DNA from: an uncultured Gammaproteobacteria bacterium
GTDB lineage: Bacteria > Patescibacteriota > Microgenomatia > JAMCZE01
Assembly: GCA_964576435.1 (NCBI GenBank)
Contig: CAZNUP010000001.1
Location: 34,345 to 98,344 of the forward strand
Direction: 5' to 3'
Length of the DNA: 64,000 nucleotides
Shown here: piece by piece, positions 25,456 to 35,813 of the stretch
How positions within the stretch are numbered: position 1 is the stretch's first letter
Layout: each line of letters begins with the position of its first letter
Notes under the pieces: generated by a model
Told to the model about the DNA's origin: nothing
The model's input: the letters and a program-made list of their open reading frames with translations, nothing else
Database searches by the model: none
Made by a program: the position numbers and the translations under genes

Positions 25456-26537
25456 ATATTTATTCTAGCAAACTCGTCAGAAATTTGGGAAAATACTGCA
25501 TTCTCGGAGTAATGTTTTAAAATGCGCTTTCTTGCCCTGATACCCATTCTTTCCGAGAATTTTTTATCGAATATCGCCCTTTTGAGTGCCCTAGGTAGCT
25601 CCTTGCTCAAATTCTTAAGAGGAATAACAATACCAGCTCCGTCCAAAACTTCTCCATGGGAAGCAACATCAGTTGTAATGCAGCACAAACCAGACGACAT
25701 TGCTTCCAGTAACGAAAGCGACATTCCTTCATAAAGCGAGGGTAAAACAAAAACATCCGACCCTCTAATTACATCTATCTTTTTCTGTTCGTCATTTATC
25801 TGTCCTAAAAAAACAACTCTTTTACTACTAAATTTTTTCTTTAGCCCTTCCATCTGATCCCCTTTTCCCATAAATACCAACCTTACCTTTTCATCTGCCA
25901 CTTTCAAAAATGTTTTAACTAAAAGTTCAGGATTTTTAATCCAAGTCAATCGCCCAATGAACAAGACAGTTCTACCATCCCTAAATTTTGATGTCCCTGG
26001 AGAATATTTATTTTCATCAACACCATTAGGGATGACAACTATCTTGGACCTTTTAACCCCTTGTCTAATATAGAAGTCTTTAAGTTCACTACTAAAAACC
26101 TGCAACTTGTCAACACTTTTAGCAACAGGCAAGTAAAATCTAAATGGCAAACTCGTGACAAATGTCATCGTCTTAGTACTTCTACTAATATCAGTATGGC
26201 ATACACCCATCAGAGAAATTCCGAGCTTTTTACAAATTCTAGGTATATACAAATCAAAAACAGAGCTTCCTATGGGCAAATAGACAATGTCTGGTTTGAT
26301 TTCCCTAAGATAATCTTCAATTATCTTTTTAGTTTTAATAGAAGGTAAAAAAATAAACGCATTTTTATCTGCATATATATAAGGAACCCTAGAAAACTCT
26401 TTCGATTCAGGTTCGTTTGAATATCTAATTTCAAATACTTGATCTCCTCTTTTTTCCAAAAAATCCTTTAGTCTTTTAGTAAAAACCCCAATTCCTCCGC
26501 CAGCTGTTTCTTGTTTATTAAATAAGACAATTTTCAT
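25452..26537 (-). CDS. Glycosyltransferase family 4
   Basis: IPNGVD, FIGRL...K, PSLYEGMSLSLLEAMSSG. Confidence 0.92.
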   Translation of the reverse strand: MKIVLFNKQETAGGGIGVFTKRLKDFLEKRGDQVFEIRYSNEPESKEFSRVPYIYADKNAFIFLPSIKTKKIIEDYLREIKPDIVYLPIGSSVFDLYIPRICKKLGISLMGVCHTDISRSTKTMTFVTSLPFRFYLPVAKSVDKLQVFSSELKDFYIRQGVKRSKIVVIPNGVDENKYSPGTSKFRDGRTVLFIGRLTWIKNPELLVKTFLKVADEKVRLVFMGKGDQMEGLKKKFSSKRVVFLGQINDEQKKIDVIRGSDVFVLPSLYEGMSLSLLEAMSSGLCCITTDVASHGEVLDGAGIVIPLKNLSKELPRALKRAIFDKKFSERMGIRARKRILKHYSENAVFSQISDEFARINI

Positions 26538-26562
26538 AGATTTAGAGGATTTTACACTAGAT

Positions 26563-26868
26563 CTAGCTATAAAGAAGAATTCCCGCTAAAACCAAAAGGA
26601 CAAAAGTACCACTCAGAAGGTTGGCGACAACAATTGGTTTTTCTTTATGCACAAATCCGTAAATTCCCCAGAAAAACGCTCCACACAAATATCCAAACCA
26701 TGTAATTGCTGATACACCTTGTGCGTCATGTTCCGTCCAAATCTTAAGCACCTGAGGTAAAATCGCAAAAGGACCAATGATTGCCCCCACATAAATAAGT
26801 TTTCCCCATTGGCTAACGTGCTTTTTCCCAAGTCTAGCTTTTCTGTAGTGATGAAATCCAATATTCAT
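26563..26868 (-). CDS. SemiSWEET/PQ-loop transporter
   Basis: LPQVLKIW...AQGVS..TW...WGIYG...PIVVAN; three TM. Confidence 0.85.
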   Translation of the reverse strand: MNIGFHHYRKARLGKKHVSQWGKLIYVGAIIGPFAILPQVLKIWTEHDAQGVSAITWFGYLCGAFFWGIYGFVHKEKPIVVANLLSGTFVLLVLAGILLYS

Positions 26869-26869
26869 A

Positions 26870-27748
26870 CTAGACTTTATTTGAAGATCCAAAAACTCTA
26901 ATCTTTTCTTCGACAATTTTTTGCATTGCTAAAATTGCATCGGGCATCACTTTATAAATTGCAACTTCACTTTCACTTGGCCTATTCATAATTTCTTTAA
27001 GTTTTTCAAAAAATGCAATTCGAAGTTCGGAGTTTACATTAACCTTTTGAATCCCAACTCCAATAGCCGCTGACACTTGTTCTGGTGGAATTCCAGACCC
27101 TCCATGAAGTGATAAAAAAGTATCCCCTAGTTTGAGTTTTATAGCACGAAGAAGATCTAAATTAATGTCTTTAGTTCCCGAGTAAAGTCCGTGCACGTTT
27201 CCTATAAAAGATGCAAACGTATCAATCCCAGTTGCAGTCACAAATTCAGAAGCTTTGTCGGGGTTTGTATAATACTCTGGGCTACGAACTGAGTTGATAT
27301 CCTTATTTCTATTATCAGCACTCCCTGCCCCCATCACATTGATATTGTCTATTTCTCCTTCCACTAAAACATCTTTTGCATGGGCGTATTCAACTATGGC
27401 TTTAGTTTGTTTAATGTTTTCTTCTAAAGGAAGCTTGCTTCCATCAAGGTGAACATAATCAAACCCAAAATCAATTGCTTCCTTACATTTGTCAAAGTCA
27501 GGAGCGTGATCAAGATTAAGAAGAATTGGAACCCCATAAGATTGCTCCATTGCCCTTATAACTCCCACAAGTTCTCTAGCTCCAAAGTAAGACACTTCCC
27601 CATGAGAAGCTTCAATCATTACTGGAGAATTCATGTTTCGAGCAGCAGTTACAACTGCTTTTAAGGTCTCAATAGAAGCTGCGTTAAATGCACCAATCGC
27701 AAACTTCTCTTTTTGTGCTCTTAGAAACCAGTTCTTAGCTTTGCCCAT
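26870..27748 (-). CDS. fba: Class II fructose-bisphosphate aldolase
   Basis: AIGAFN, LDH, DGS, VEGE, GNVHG, LHGGSG, KVNVNSE. Confidence 0.94.
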   Translation of the reverse strand: MGKAKNWFLRAQKEKFAIGAFNAASIETLKAVVTAARNMNSPVMIEASHGEVSYFGARELVGVIRAMEQSYGVPILLNLDHAPDFDKCKEAIDFGFDYVHLDGSKLPLEENIKQTKAIVEYAHAKDVLVEGEIDNINVMGAGSADNRNKDINSVRSPEYYTNPDKASEFVTATGIDTFASFIGNVHGLYSGTKDINLDLLRAIKLKLGDTFLSLHGGSGIPPEQVSAAIGVGIQKVNVNSELRIAFFEKLKEIMNRPSESEVAIYKVMPDAILAMQKIVEEKIRVFGSSNKV

Positions 27749-30387
27749 ACCTTAACAGTATAGAACAAAATCAAACCTCCAAGAAGTCCAAATCCAATAA
27801 ACTCCAATATTTGTGGCCAAAAAAGTACATAAACCACCTGTTCATCTCCAGTTAAATCCCAACCATTAGCCCAGTTATTAACTTTAATGTGATTCAAAAT
27901 TTTTCCATTTTGATCCCAGGCTACCCATCCGTTATCAAAAGACTGAGTTACAAGCAAATTTCCTGGTACAATTTTTGAAGAAAAATCTACTTGATACCAA
28001 CTTGGGTTTGGGTGATACACAGCAAAGCCTTGAATTGGTAAGTACGAGACGCGGTTCGCATTTCCTTGTTTTTGGCTAATAAGGCCTGGAAAATCAAATT
28101 CAGAAATTTTTACCTTACCTACGTAGTTGTTGGTCTCGGCTAAAGTAACATCAGGATTGTCAAAGTGTAAAGCATATCCCAACCCATCAGATTCCATGGG
28201 TGGAACAATAAAGCTAGAGGTTTTCTCCCCTTTTGGTAAATAAGTCTCTAAATCAGACTTTCTGCTATTTAAATTTTCGACCCAAAAAGTAAGTGGTAAA
28301 CCATTACTATTTTTAGACTCTACGGAAATAAAATATGCCTTGTCATGCGAAATGTCGGGTAGGTAAATGGTAGCACAATCAATAATGTTATCGACTTTGT
28401 TAGAACATTCCTTATTAACAATAAAGGTTCTCCCATTTTTTGTTGGAATTGAATTTGTTTCAAATTCTATATCTTCCTGTCGCTTGCCAGTAAATAATGT
28501 TCTATAAGAATAATTAACGTCAGACCCTTCCTGATAATCTCCAAAGTCCTGAAATGCTTGGTCTAAATTTCCCCATTTATAAGAAGAAACTCTAGGTAAG
28601 CTACTAGTTATTGAAACAAATTTATTAGTTGGTCTATCTAAATTAACTGAGTAAACTTTTAATTTCCCGGACTGAAACACAAGATCAAATTTGCTGGACG
28701 ATCCAATAATTTCTGTTAGTTCTTCATTAAAAAGCGACTTAGAGGAACCTGGATTAACAACGTTTTCGTCTATCAATATCGAGCTGACCCGATATTTTTC
28801 AAGTGTGTTTTCAAATAAAGTCAGATTTTTGGAATAAAGTGCATATGAAATTTCCCAATAATAATTTTCATCCTCTCTGCTCCAGGTATCAAACGCCCTA
28901 TCCAGAATAGGCTGCTCTATTCCAAACCAGATAAACCCAGCTCCTCGGTAACCAAAACTATATCCTCGCCATCCCCAAAAATCGTATTGCGGAAAATTAG
29001 CAATTCTTCCAGTACTATAATCGGATAAAAAACTAAATAAAGACTTATATTCTTGCGGAAAATTAACAGATAAAGGTTTATAAAAAAGTCCTCCCATTAA
29101 AATAGGGAGAACTGAGAAAATAGATACAAGGCAAATAGCAACTGGTACTCCAATACCAAAAGATTTTCTTTTTAAAAATTTATCAATCCATTCCCCAACC
29201 CACATACTTCCTAATGACAAAAGAATTGAAAAACTAAATACATAAACCGTAGAAAACTTTGTGAAAGGCATTCTTAAAACCTGTGAGACCAGGGGAAGCT
29301 TATAAAATAATGTGTCGACCCAACTAAAAGGTGGGTCGCTATTAGCTAAAAGGGTTAACGAAACAAGAAAAATAATGACTGTGGAAACATATATATCTCT
29401 TTTCTTGACTAAACAACCGACTACTCCAAAAATTGTCACTAAAAACATTAGACTAAGTCCAATTTTGACTAAGGGATTGTTAACAAAATTTTTATATGAA
29501 AAAAATATGTTTTCTCCAGATTTTATAGGTAAAAAATCTTTTGAAGCAGTTGTGAAGCTTTTAAGTAAAACTACGTCACTAAGATGGCCAAATTGTTTAT
29601 TTTCTAAAAACGACCTTTCAGTTGATATTTGGTTACCTTTAGACTCAACAGGGGCTAAAATATTTGTTGCACTAAAATATCCAAAAGGTAGTATCCAAAA
29701 TGCATTAACAAGGAGGGTGATAACTAAAATCACCAATGCTTTCTTTAAATTTGAAAATGCCAAAAATACAATGAGACAAAATAGGTAGACCAAAAAAACC
29801 GTGGGAACAAAAGCTTGTGGTATCGCCAAAATATTAATAAATACAAACACTGCCAAGTTTCGATTACTCCAATGCCCTACTAATTTCCTTGCAAACAAAA
29901 TTAACCAGGGTAAAAAGGCAAATTGAAAAGCAAACGGCTCAAATGGCAAATAAAACATTTGGGCCATATAAAGGTTAAAGAAATAGTAAATCGCAGCGAC
30001 AAATCCACCAAGTTGTGATTGAAAATCAGGCCTTCCTTTAAAAAATTGCTCACGCAATAAATAATAAACTCCGAACATACCGACTAAAATTGTCAGGAAA
30101 AAACTCATTTGTCTAAGAATTTGCTCGGGGAAAATTACTGAAAGTAAAAATGTGAACAGTTCTCGTGGCATATCAGCAGCATGGCCCATACCAGCAACCA
30201 AACCAAGCCCCCTATATTCCTGCCAAACAGAAAAAAATGACCTAGTTAAAGCTAGCGGAAAGTTAAATTCCGGATGAAGGTTGTCCCACCCAGATAAAAA
30301 AGAATTTGGATTGATGTTTTGAAAAAAAACAACAGTCCAAATGAAAACAAGTATAAAAGCTCCCCACTTCTTCTTAAAACTAAACAT
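27721..30387 (-). CDS. Large multi-TM GT-C-like glycosyltransferase (YfhO/AftD-like architecture)
   Basis: GWDNLHPE N-terminal loop, about 12 TM, extracytoplasmic domain, QSFDNGW...NNWANGW, C-terminal TM. Confidence 0.7.
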   Translation of the reverse strand: MFSFKKKWGAFILVFIWTVVFFQNINPNSFLSGWDNLHPEFNFPLALTRSFFSVWQEYRGLGLVAGMGHAADMPRELFTFLLSVIFPEQILRQMSFFLTILVGMFGVYYLLREQFFKGRPDFQSQLGGFVAAIYYFFNLYMAQMFYLPFEPFAFQFAFLPWLILFARKLVGHWSNRNLAVFVFINILAIPQAFVPTVFLVYLFCLIVFLAFSNLKKALVILVITLLVNAFWILPFGYFSATNILAPVESKGNQISTERSFLENKQFGHLSDVVLLKSFTTASKDFLPIKSGENIFFSYKNFVNNPLVKIGLSLMFLVTIFGVVGCLVKKRDIYVSTVIIFLVSLTLLANSDPPFSWVDTLFYKLPLVSQVLRMPFTKFSTVYVFSFSILLSLGSMWVGEWIDKFLKRKSFGIGVPVAICLVSIFSVLPILMGGLFYKPLSVNFPQEYKSLFSFLSDYSTGRIANFPQYDFWGWRGYSFGYRGAGFIWFGIEQPILDRAFDTWSREDENYYWEISYALYSKNLTLFENTLEKYRVSSILIDENVVNPGSSKSLFNEELTEIIGSSSKFDLVFQSGKLKVYSVNLDRPTNKFVSITSSLPRVSSYKWGNLDQAFQDFGDYQEGSDVNYSYRTLFTGKRQEDIEFETNSIPTKNGRTFIVNKECSNKVDNIIDCATIYLPDISHDKAYFISVESKNSNGLPLTFWVENLNSRKSDLETYLPKGEKTSSFIVPPMESDGLGYALHFDNPDVTLAETNNYVGKVKISEFDFPGLISQKQGNANRVSYLPIQGFAVYHPNPSWYQVDFSSKIVPGNLLVTQSFDNGWVAWDQNGKILNHIKVNNWANGWDLTGDEQVVYVLFWPQILEFIGFGLLGGLILFYTVKVWAKLRTGF

Positions 30388-31231
30388 TCAAAAATCTAGA
30401 CTTTCCGGAAAATCCCAATGTCGATAATTTCCTAAAAAGGCTATAACCATATATTATTTTCCCTCGTGGCACTGTAGTTAAAGTAAGTCTAGAAACGTTT
30501 TGCAAAAAACGACTTTTCAAATTTGGTTTATAACCATATTCCTTAACTGCTCTTCTTCTGACAGTCAGTGCATCTTCAAAATTCTTCTTCGGATCATTAA
30601 ATGTCGCACTATCTCTCCTAATTCGATAGTTCATCAAAAATTCTGGAATGTTCTCGAACTTTCCAAATTTAAATAATCGGAAATACAAATCCAGGTCTTC
30701 AACCAAACACTTTTCTCTATACCAACTAAAGTCTTTATCAATTAGTGACCTATTAATCATAATTGAGGGTGTCTGCACTCCATTAACATAATTCATCATT
30801 TGGTAAATGTGGCCATGTTTTGTTGGTAATTTCCTTTCTCCTATATTTTTCCCCGACAAATCTATTTCTCTGACCCAAGAGCCCACAACCACTACGTCAT
30901 TATTTTTCTCCAAAAATTCTTTTTGTTTTTTTAGTCTACTGTTATCCATAACATCGTCCGAGTCCATTCTAGCCAAGTATTTCCCCGAACTTCTTCTTAT
31001 AGCCTCGTTCAAAACACCAGACATTCCCGAATGTTTAATTTTAAAAATTTTTATTCGAGAATCTTTTTTGGCAAAATCAGCAAGTATTTGAAGACTATTG
31101 TCAGAAGACCCATCATCAACAGCAATTAGCTCAAAATATCTATACGTTTGACTTAAGGTACTTGAGATTGCTTCCTTAAGATATTTTTCTGAATTATATA
31201 CAGGAAGTAAAACTGAAATAGGCAGATTCAT
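30380..31231 (-). CDS. Glycosyltransferase family 2
   Basis: SVLLPVYN, VDDGSSD, ARMDSDD, VEDLDL. Confidence 0.93.
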   Translation of the reverse strand: MNLPISVLLPVYNSEKYLKEAISSTLSQTYRYFELIAVDDGSSDNSLQILADFAKKDSRIKIFKIKHSGMSGVLNEAIRRSSGKYLARMDSDDVMDNSRLKKQKEFLEKNNDVVVVGSWVREIDLSGKNIGERKLPTKHGHIYQMMNYVNGVQTPSIMINRSLIDKDFSWYREKCLVEDLDLYFRLFKFGKFENIPEFLMNYRIRRDSATFNDPKKNFEDALTVRRRAVKEYGYKPNLKSRFLQNVSRLTLTTVPRGKIIYGYSLFRKLSTLGFSGKSRFLNV

Positions 31232-31235
31232 GATG

Positions 31236-32021
31236 TTAATAGATTGTAACTAAAGGAACTTGCGACGTATTAAAAGTATTTGAACTACCTTCTTCCTTAA
31301 GTGAGTTAGTTCTGATATTAATCATGTCTCTTATTGCAAATAAAATATCTCTCACCGCATTGACCTTACTTCCATCTCGAACACAAGACCAAGTAACTGG
31401 TAGCTCCACCACTTCATATCCAAGTTTTTTTGCCATATAAATAATTTCCATATCAAACCCCCACCTTTCAATTCTTGTTTGAACAACAACATCTGATATT
31501 AATTTTCTTGAGAAAACTTTAAAACCTCCCTGAAAATCCCAAAAAAACACTCCCAAAATAAAAGATGCTAAAAATGAATGTCCAACACTAATTACTCTTC
31601 TTAAAGGACCACTATGGTGTAAACAAACCGAACTTGGCATCTTCTTACTCCCAACAATTAAATCTATTCCTTTTTCTAAATATGGAGAGAACTTAATTAA
31701 ATTCTCAAGCGGAATTGACATATCACCGTCTAAATAAAGCCCATAGTCGCTCGTAACGAGTTTAAGTCCTTCTCGAACAGCAGATCCTCTCCCCACATTT
31801 GACATATAAGAAACTACCTTCAATTTATATTTTTTCTTTAAAGGAGAGGTTTTAATCCATTTTTTTAATATAGGAAGTGTTGAATCCGTACTTCCATCAT
31901 CAACAAAAATTATTGACTCCAATATAAAATCTTTAGGCTTAAACCCTTCTAAATAAGAGAGTGTTTTTCCAATCCTCAAACTTTCATTAAATACTGGGAT
32001 AACTAAAGAAACAGTTCTCAT
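31236..32021 (-). CDS. Polyprenol-phosphate glycosyltransferase (GT2, Alg5/DPM-like)
   Basis: VIPVFNE, VDDGSTD, GRGSAV, DGD, DFQGGFK, WGFDME, ELPVTW. Confidence 0.9.
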   Translation of the reverse strand: MRTVSLVIPVFNESLRIGKTLSYLEGFKPKDFILESIIFVDDGSTDSTLPILKKWIKTSPLKKKYKLKVVSYMSNVGRGSAVREGLKLVTSDYGLYLDGDMSIPLENLIKFSPYLEKGIDLIVGSKKMPSSVCLHHSGPLRRVISVGHSFLASFILGVFFWDFQGGFKVFSRKLISDVVVQTRIERWGFDMEIIYMAKKLGYEVVELPVTWSCVRDGSKVNAVRDILFAIRDMINIRTNSLKEEGSSNTFNTSQVPLVTIY

Positions 32022-32035
32022 ATATTAAAACCAAC

Positions 32036-32094
32036 AAAAGTTGGGGCGGTAGAAAAGATAGCAACATCTATCTCACTACCGTCTCCCAACTTTT
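32036..32094. terminator. Long interrupted hairpin, terminator-like
   Basis: AAAAGTTGGG-GCGGTAG..AGATAG / CTATCT..CTACCGT..CCCAACTTTT inverted repeat with T-runs. Confidence 0.6.
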
Positions 32095-32098
32095 ATAT

Positions 32099-32953
32099 TT
32101 ATTGACATCGCTCCGCCATAGTCTGGTGTCCTATACCTAAAGCCATGTAATAGCTGTCAACGGAAATGGTTGCGCCCCAAACACGAGCCGATCCACCACC
32201 CGGGATAACTGGAAGACCTGCCCCCACATCTTTTGGTGACAAATTACCTCTTCCTGAAGCATTAATTATTTCAATCTCCTCAAGTTTTAGACCACAAGCC
32301 TCACGCAGGCTCGCGTTAGCTAATTGTGCAGGCTGAGCAACTGGACCTGGGTTTCTTAAATTATATGCTCTCGTTATCTTCTCAGCATTGTCTCTTAATG
32401 GAGGCAATTCCACAGCATAAATATTTCCAGTATCTTTATTTCTTTGGAAACCTCCGATTCTTGATCGAACTTCCTCCAAAGTAAAATCTCCAGGCTGAAT
32501 CGGTTCAGCTACGTATATGTCCATAATAAAATCAGTTATGACCTCCTGGTCCGCAGTCTGTGGCCAATTAGGAACTATTCCATATTCAGTACTAGTAACA
32601 GGCCATTCTCTTCCAGAACGCGATATTATTACAGACTCAGTTGGGCTAACCGGTACTCCTTGTTCTGCACCAGTAAAAGCTTGAGTCGCACCTTGTGAAT
32701 TAGTAAGGTTTGCAATTGCAGTTGCTTGTGTATTAATAAGCTTGTCTTGAGTAGCCACAAGAGTCTCTGCAGCTTGCGCCTTTTTAAGGGCTGCATCGAG
32801 AAGTGCTTGTTGAGTTTGTGCTTCACTTGAAGAAGGTTGTCCTAAGCACGCATTAAGGGCTATTGCTGCACCACCCGTGCCTAAAAGTGTTAAAACGGCT
32901 CTTCGTGATAGTACTGGTTGTTCACTTTTTGATTGATTTTCTTTTTGTGCCAT
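32099..32953 (-). CDS. Hypothetical exported protein with twin-arginine and lipobox-like signal
   Basis: SRRAVL, hydrophobic stretch, LNAC, then Q/A-rich coiled coil; SD GGAGGGGGTG. Confidence 0.75.
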   Translation of the reverse strand: MAQKENQSKSEQPVLSRRAVLTLLGTGGAAIALNACLGQPSSSEAQTQQALLDAALKKAQAAETLVATQDKLINTQATAIANLTNSQGATQAFTGAEQGVPVSPTESVIISRSGREWPVTSTEYGIVPNWPQTADQEVITDFIMDIYVAEPIQPGDFTLEEVRSRIGGFQRNKDTGNIYAVELPPLRDNAEKITRAYNLRNPGPVAQPAQLANASLREACGLKLEEIEIINASGRGNLSPKDVGAGLPVIPGGGSARVWGATISVDSYYMALGIGHQTMAERCQ

Positions 32954-32967
32954 ATTTCACCCCCTCC

Positions 32968-33612
32968 TTAAATTCTTTTCTTTGCTTTTAACTTTATATA
33001 AACTCCCATTGCTCCAATTGCGGGCAAAGCTCCAAGAAAAACCATTTCTGGTCCTGTCTTTGGAATATGTTTAACAGGAGTAACTTTTACAATTCTAGTT
33101 TGAATACACACCTGTGCAGTATCTTTGTCACTGCTATTATTTGAACTTGCTCCTGCAGTATTAACAAAACAACTATTCGTTGGTAATTGAGTTTTTGAAA
33201 CAACTCTTGCTCGAATCTCTCTCTCATCAACTGCCCCTGGTGTTAAGTTATAAATTGTATAGTTCAAACTTCCACCAGAAAGATAAAGGTAACTTGGTAA
33301 CGTATCCCATACGTTAACTGTAGATAACGTCTCATCACCAACATTTTTTACCTTAATCTTGAAGACAACTTCTTCTCCCGAAACGAAGATATGATCTGAA
33401 GTCCCCATATTGTCTACAAAAGAATTAACCTGAGCATTCCAAACTTTTTTATCAACTTGGACTTCTCCAGTTCTTGTGCAAATTTGTCCCCCACCATATT
33501 GATTCTCGCATCTAACCGAAGCTAGAACTGGTTGAATGGAAAAAAAGTGAAGACAAAAAATAAAAACTAAGAAACTAAAAGAAGCAATTAAGGTTTTTTT
33601 CATTGCTGACAC
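32968..33612 (-). CDS. DUF11-domain surface protein with sortase-type tail
   Basis: Signal peptide, FKIKVKNVG...VWDTLP, NTAG, IPKTG + TM + basic tail. Confidence 0.8.
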   Translation of the reverse strand: MSAMKKTLIASFSFLVFIFCLHFFSIQPVLASVRCENQYGGGQICTRTGEVQVDKKVWNAQVNSFVDNMGTSDHIFVSGEEVVFKIKVKNVGDETLSTVNVWDTLPSYLYLSGGSLNYTIYNLTPGAVDEREIRARVVSKTQLPTNSCFVNTAGASSNNSSDKDTAQVCIQTRIVKVTPVKHIPKTGPEMVFLGALPAIGAMGVYIKLKAKKRI

Positions 33613-33673
33613 TTTTGGGCAGTGGCAGATATCAATAGGCCAATTATAAATTCCATGGCCAATTTGTCAACCT

Positions 33674-34639
33674 CTAGATCTCGCTTGGAGAAAAATGAGA
33701 ATTCTCTTTTGTCAATTTTTCTATCGCTTCGAAATTTAACAGTCCACTTTGCGCACCAATTTTAGAAACGACTGATGAAGCATTAAATGTCCCCCAAGTC
33801 ATTGCAGTAGAAACCGGTAATTCTTTCATAATTGCCCCCATAAACCCTGAAGCATAAGCATCTCCCGCTCCCGTTGCCGAAACCACTTTATTTCCAAGAA
33901 TTCCCAAATGCAAATATCTATTCCCATCATATACGTATGATCCTTGATGACCATCAGTAATAGCTACAATTCTAGGCCCTAATTCATATATATTAGATAG
34001 TAGGTTTTTAATATTTCCCTCACCAACCATCTTCTTGGCCTCTTCTAAGTTTGCAAACAAAATTGAGCATTCCTGGACTAAAGGCAAATAGCTTTCAAGG
34101 GGAGAGTTAAGTTGTGCATTATTTGGAGTAAATCCAAGTCTAATATTTTTTTCTTTAATGTGAGTTGCAAGTGCTCCCAAAAAATCTTCATAGTGGTGTC
34201 CAACAGACGAAACATACATCCACTTAGTTTGTGGCACATCATGGGGCATGTGATATTGATGTGGAACATTATATTCAAGAATTGTTCTCTCTGATTTAAA
34301 GTTAATAATTGTTGAATATCGGCTAGAAGTATTTTCCTGTCTAATAACTAGTGACCTATCAACTCCTTCCTGGTCTAAAACTTGATCAATAACCCTGCCA
34401 TTTTCATCATCCCCGTGGACACTAAAAAGCGACGTTTTAAATCCAAGTCTTGAAAGGCCGACCGCGTTATTAATTGCGTTTCCCCCAATACTCCTATCTA
34501 ACCTATCCACTGGAATTTTCTCCCCATATCTAAGACATATCTCGCATTCTTTATCATCTTTTTTACAAAGAACGTTAGCATCATGGACAGTTAAAAAAAC
34601 ATCCATTACAGCATCCCCTATAGAAACACAGTCAAACAT
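33674..34639 (-). CDS. PfkB-family carbohydrate kinase
   Basis: GGNAINNAVGLSRLG, NLEEA, ITDG..GS, SATGAGDAYASG. Confidence 0.93.
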   Translation of the reverse strand: MFDCVSIGDAVMDVFLTVHDANVLCKKDDKECEICLRYGEKIPVDRLDRSIGGNAINNAVGLSRLGFKTSLFSVHGDDENGRVIDQVLDQEGVDRSLVIRQENTSSRYSTIINFKSERTILEYNVPHQYHMPHDVPQTKWMYVSSVGHHYEDFLGALATHIKEKNIRLGFTPNNAQLNSPLESYLPLVQECSILFANLEEAKKMVGEGNIKNLLSNIYELGPRIVAITDGHQGSYVYDGNRYLHLGILGNKVVSATGAGDAYASGFMGAIMKELPVSTAMTWGTFNASSVVSKIGAQSGLLNFEAIEKLTKENSHFSPSEI

Positions 34640-34654
34640 ACTTCAAAAGTTATC

Positions 34655-35611
34655 TTAAACTCCCGACTTTCTTATTAAAACTTTTTTTATAGCTTCCTTA
34701 ATTGAAGCATTTCCCATTCCATATTTATCAATAAGTTCCGAAGGTGTTCCACTTTCTCCAAAAGTATTAGGCATCCCAACGGCTTCAACCGGTGTTGGAC
34801 AATTTTGAGCTAAAGCCTCAGCAATGCTTCCTTGAAGTCCTCCAATAATTTGATGCTCCTCAACGGTAACTGCCGCTCCTGTTTTTCGAACCGATGCAAC
34901 AATTGTTGGAATATCAAGTGGCTTAAGTGTAGAAATATTAACTACCTCAGCGTCAAAATCCTCAGCCACTTCCAAACATTTATAAAGAAGTGGCCCCGTC
35001 CCAAAAATTGTCACTCTAGATCCATTTCTTAAAACTTGTGCTTTCCCTATTTCAAATGGTGTTTCAGGATTTGTAAAAACAGGCGTATTTTCTCTTCCAA
35101 ACCTTATATAAACTGGACCTTCCCACAAAGCCGCCGCCTTAACCGCTTTAAATGTTTCCAAGTAGTCACACGGTGAAATAACTATAATGTTTGGTACCAC
35201 CCTAACGCTTGCTAAATCCTCTAAAGCCTGGTGCGTTGCCCCATCAGCACCGACTGAAATCCCGGCATGTGCTCCCATAATTTTAACGTTAGTATTAGAG
35301 TATCCAACAGAAACTCTCATCTGATCCCAACTTCTACCAGGAGAAAATGTTGCATACGAAGCGATGAATGGAATTTTCCCGACTAAAGCCATTCCAGCCG
35401 CAAGTCCCATCATGTTTTGCTCAGCAACGCCGACTTCCACAAATCTTTCAGGATACGCCTTAGCAAATTTTTCAACTCGAGTAGACTCAGTTAAATCAGC
35501 ACAAAGGGCCACCACATCTTTGTTAGATGCTCCAAGTTCCAAAAGTGCATCCCCGAATCCATCACGACACCACTTCATTTCTTTAGACGGAAAAACTAAG
35601 TTATTTTGCAT
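34655..35611 (-). CDS. Transketolase C-terminal subunit
   Basis: ADLTES, GVAEQNM, GADGATHQ, YIRFGR, EEH. Confidence 0.95.
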   Translation of the reverse strand: MQNNLVFPSKEMKWCRDGFGDALLELGASNKDVVALCADLTESTRVEKFAKAYPERFVEVGVAEQNMMGLAAGMALVGKIPFIASYATFSPGRSWDQMRVSVGYSNTNVKIMGAHAGISVGADGATHQALEDLASVRVVPNIIVISPCDYLETFKAVKAAALWEGPVYIRFGRENTPVFTNPETPFEIGKAQVLRNGSRVTIFGTGPLLYKCLEVAEDFDAEVVNISTLKPLDIPTIVASVRKTGAAVTVEEHQIIGGLQGSIAEALAQNCPTPVEAVGMPNTFGESGTPSELIDKYGMGNASIKEAIKKVLIRKSGV

Positions 35612-35810
35612 AATTTTCTAAATATCCACATTTTTCACAACGATAGGACTTAATATCAACAGCATTTTCTAACGTCGCTCCATGCCAAGCTATTTTTTTA
35701 GCCCACTGTGCCAACTCCTTGAGTGAAGCCTCACCTCTATCGGCAATAATCCCCATCTCAAAATTTCCTCCACACTTGGGGCATTTATCATCATCTTTCA
35801 TTTGTATCAC
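35601..35810 (-). CDS. Small zinc-ribbon protein (DUF6487-like)
   Basis: CPKCGGNFEMG...YRCEKCGYLENYA. Confidence 0.7.
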   Translation of the reverse strand: MIQMKDDDKCPKCGGNFEMGIIADRGEASLKELAQWAKKIAWHGATLENAVDIKSYRCEKCGYLENYAK

Positions 35811-35813
35811 CTC

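Noticed and set aside
32036-32094. SRP RNA or riboswitch in the long hairpin
   Set aside because: No SRP helix-8 motif or known aptamer pattern; position and T-runs fit a terminator
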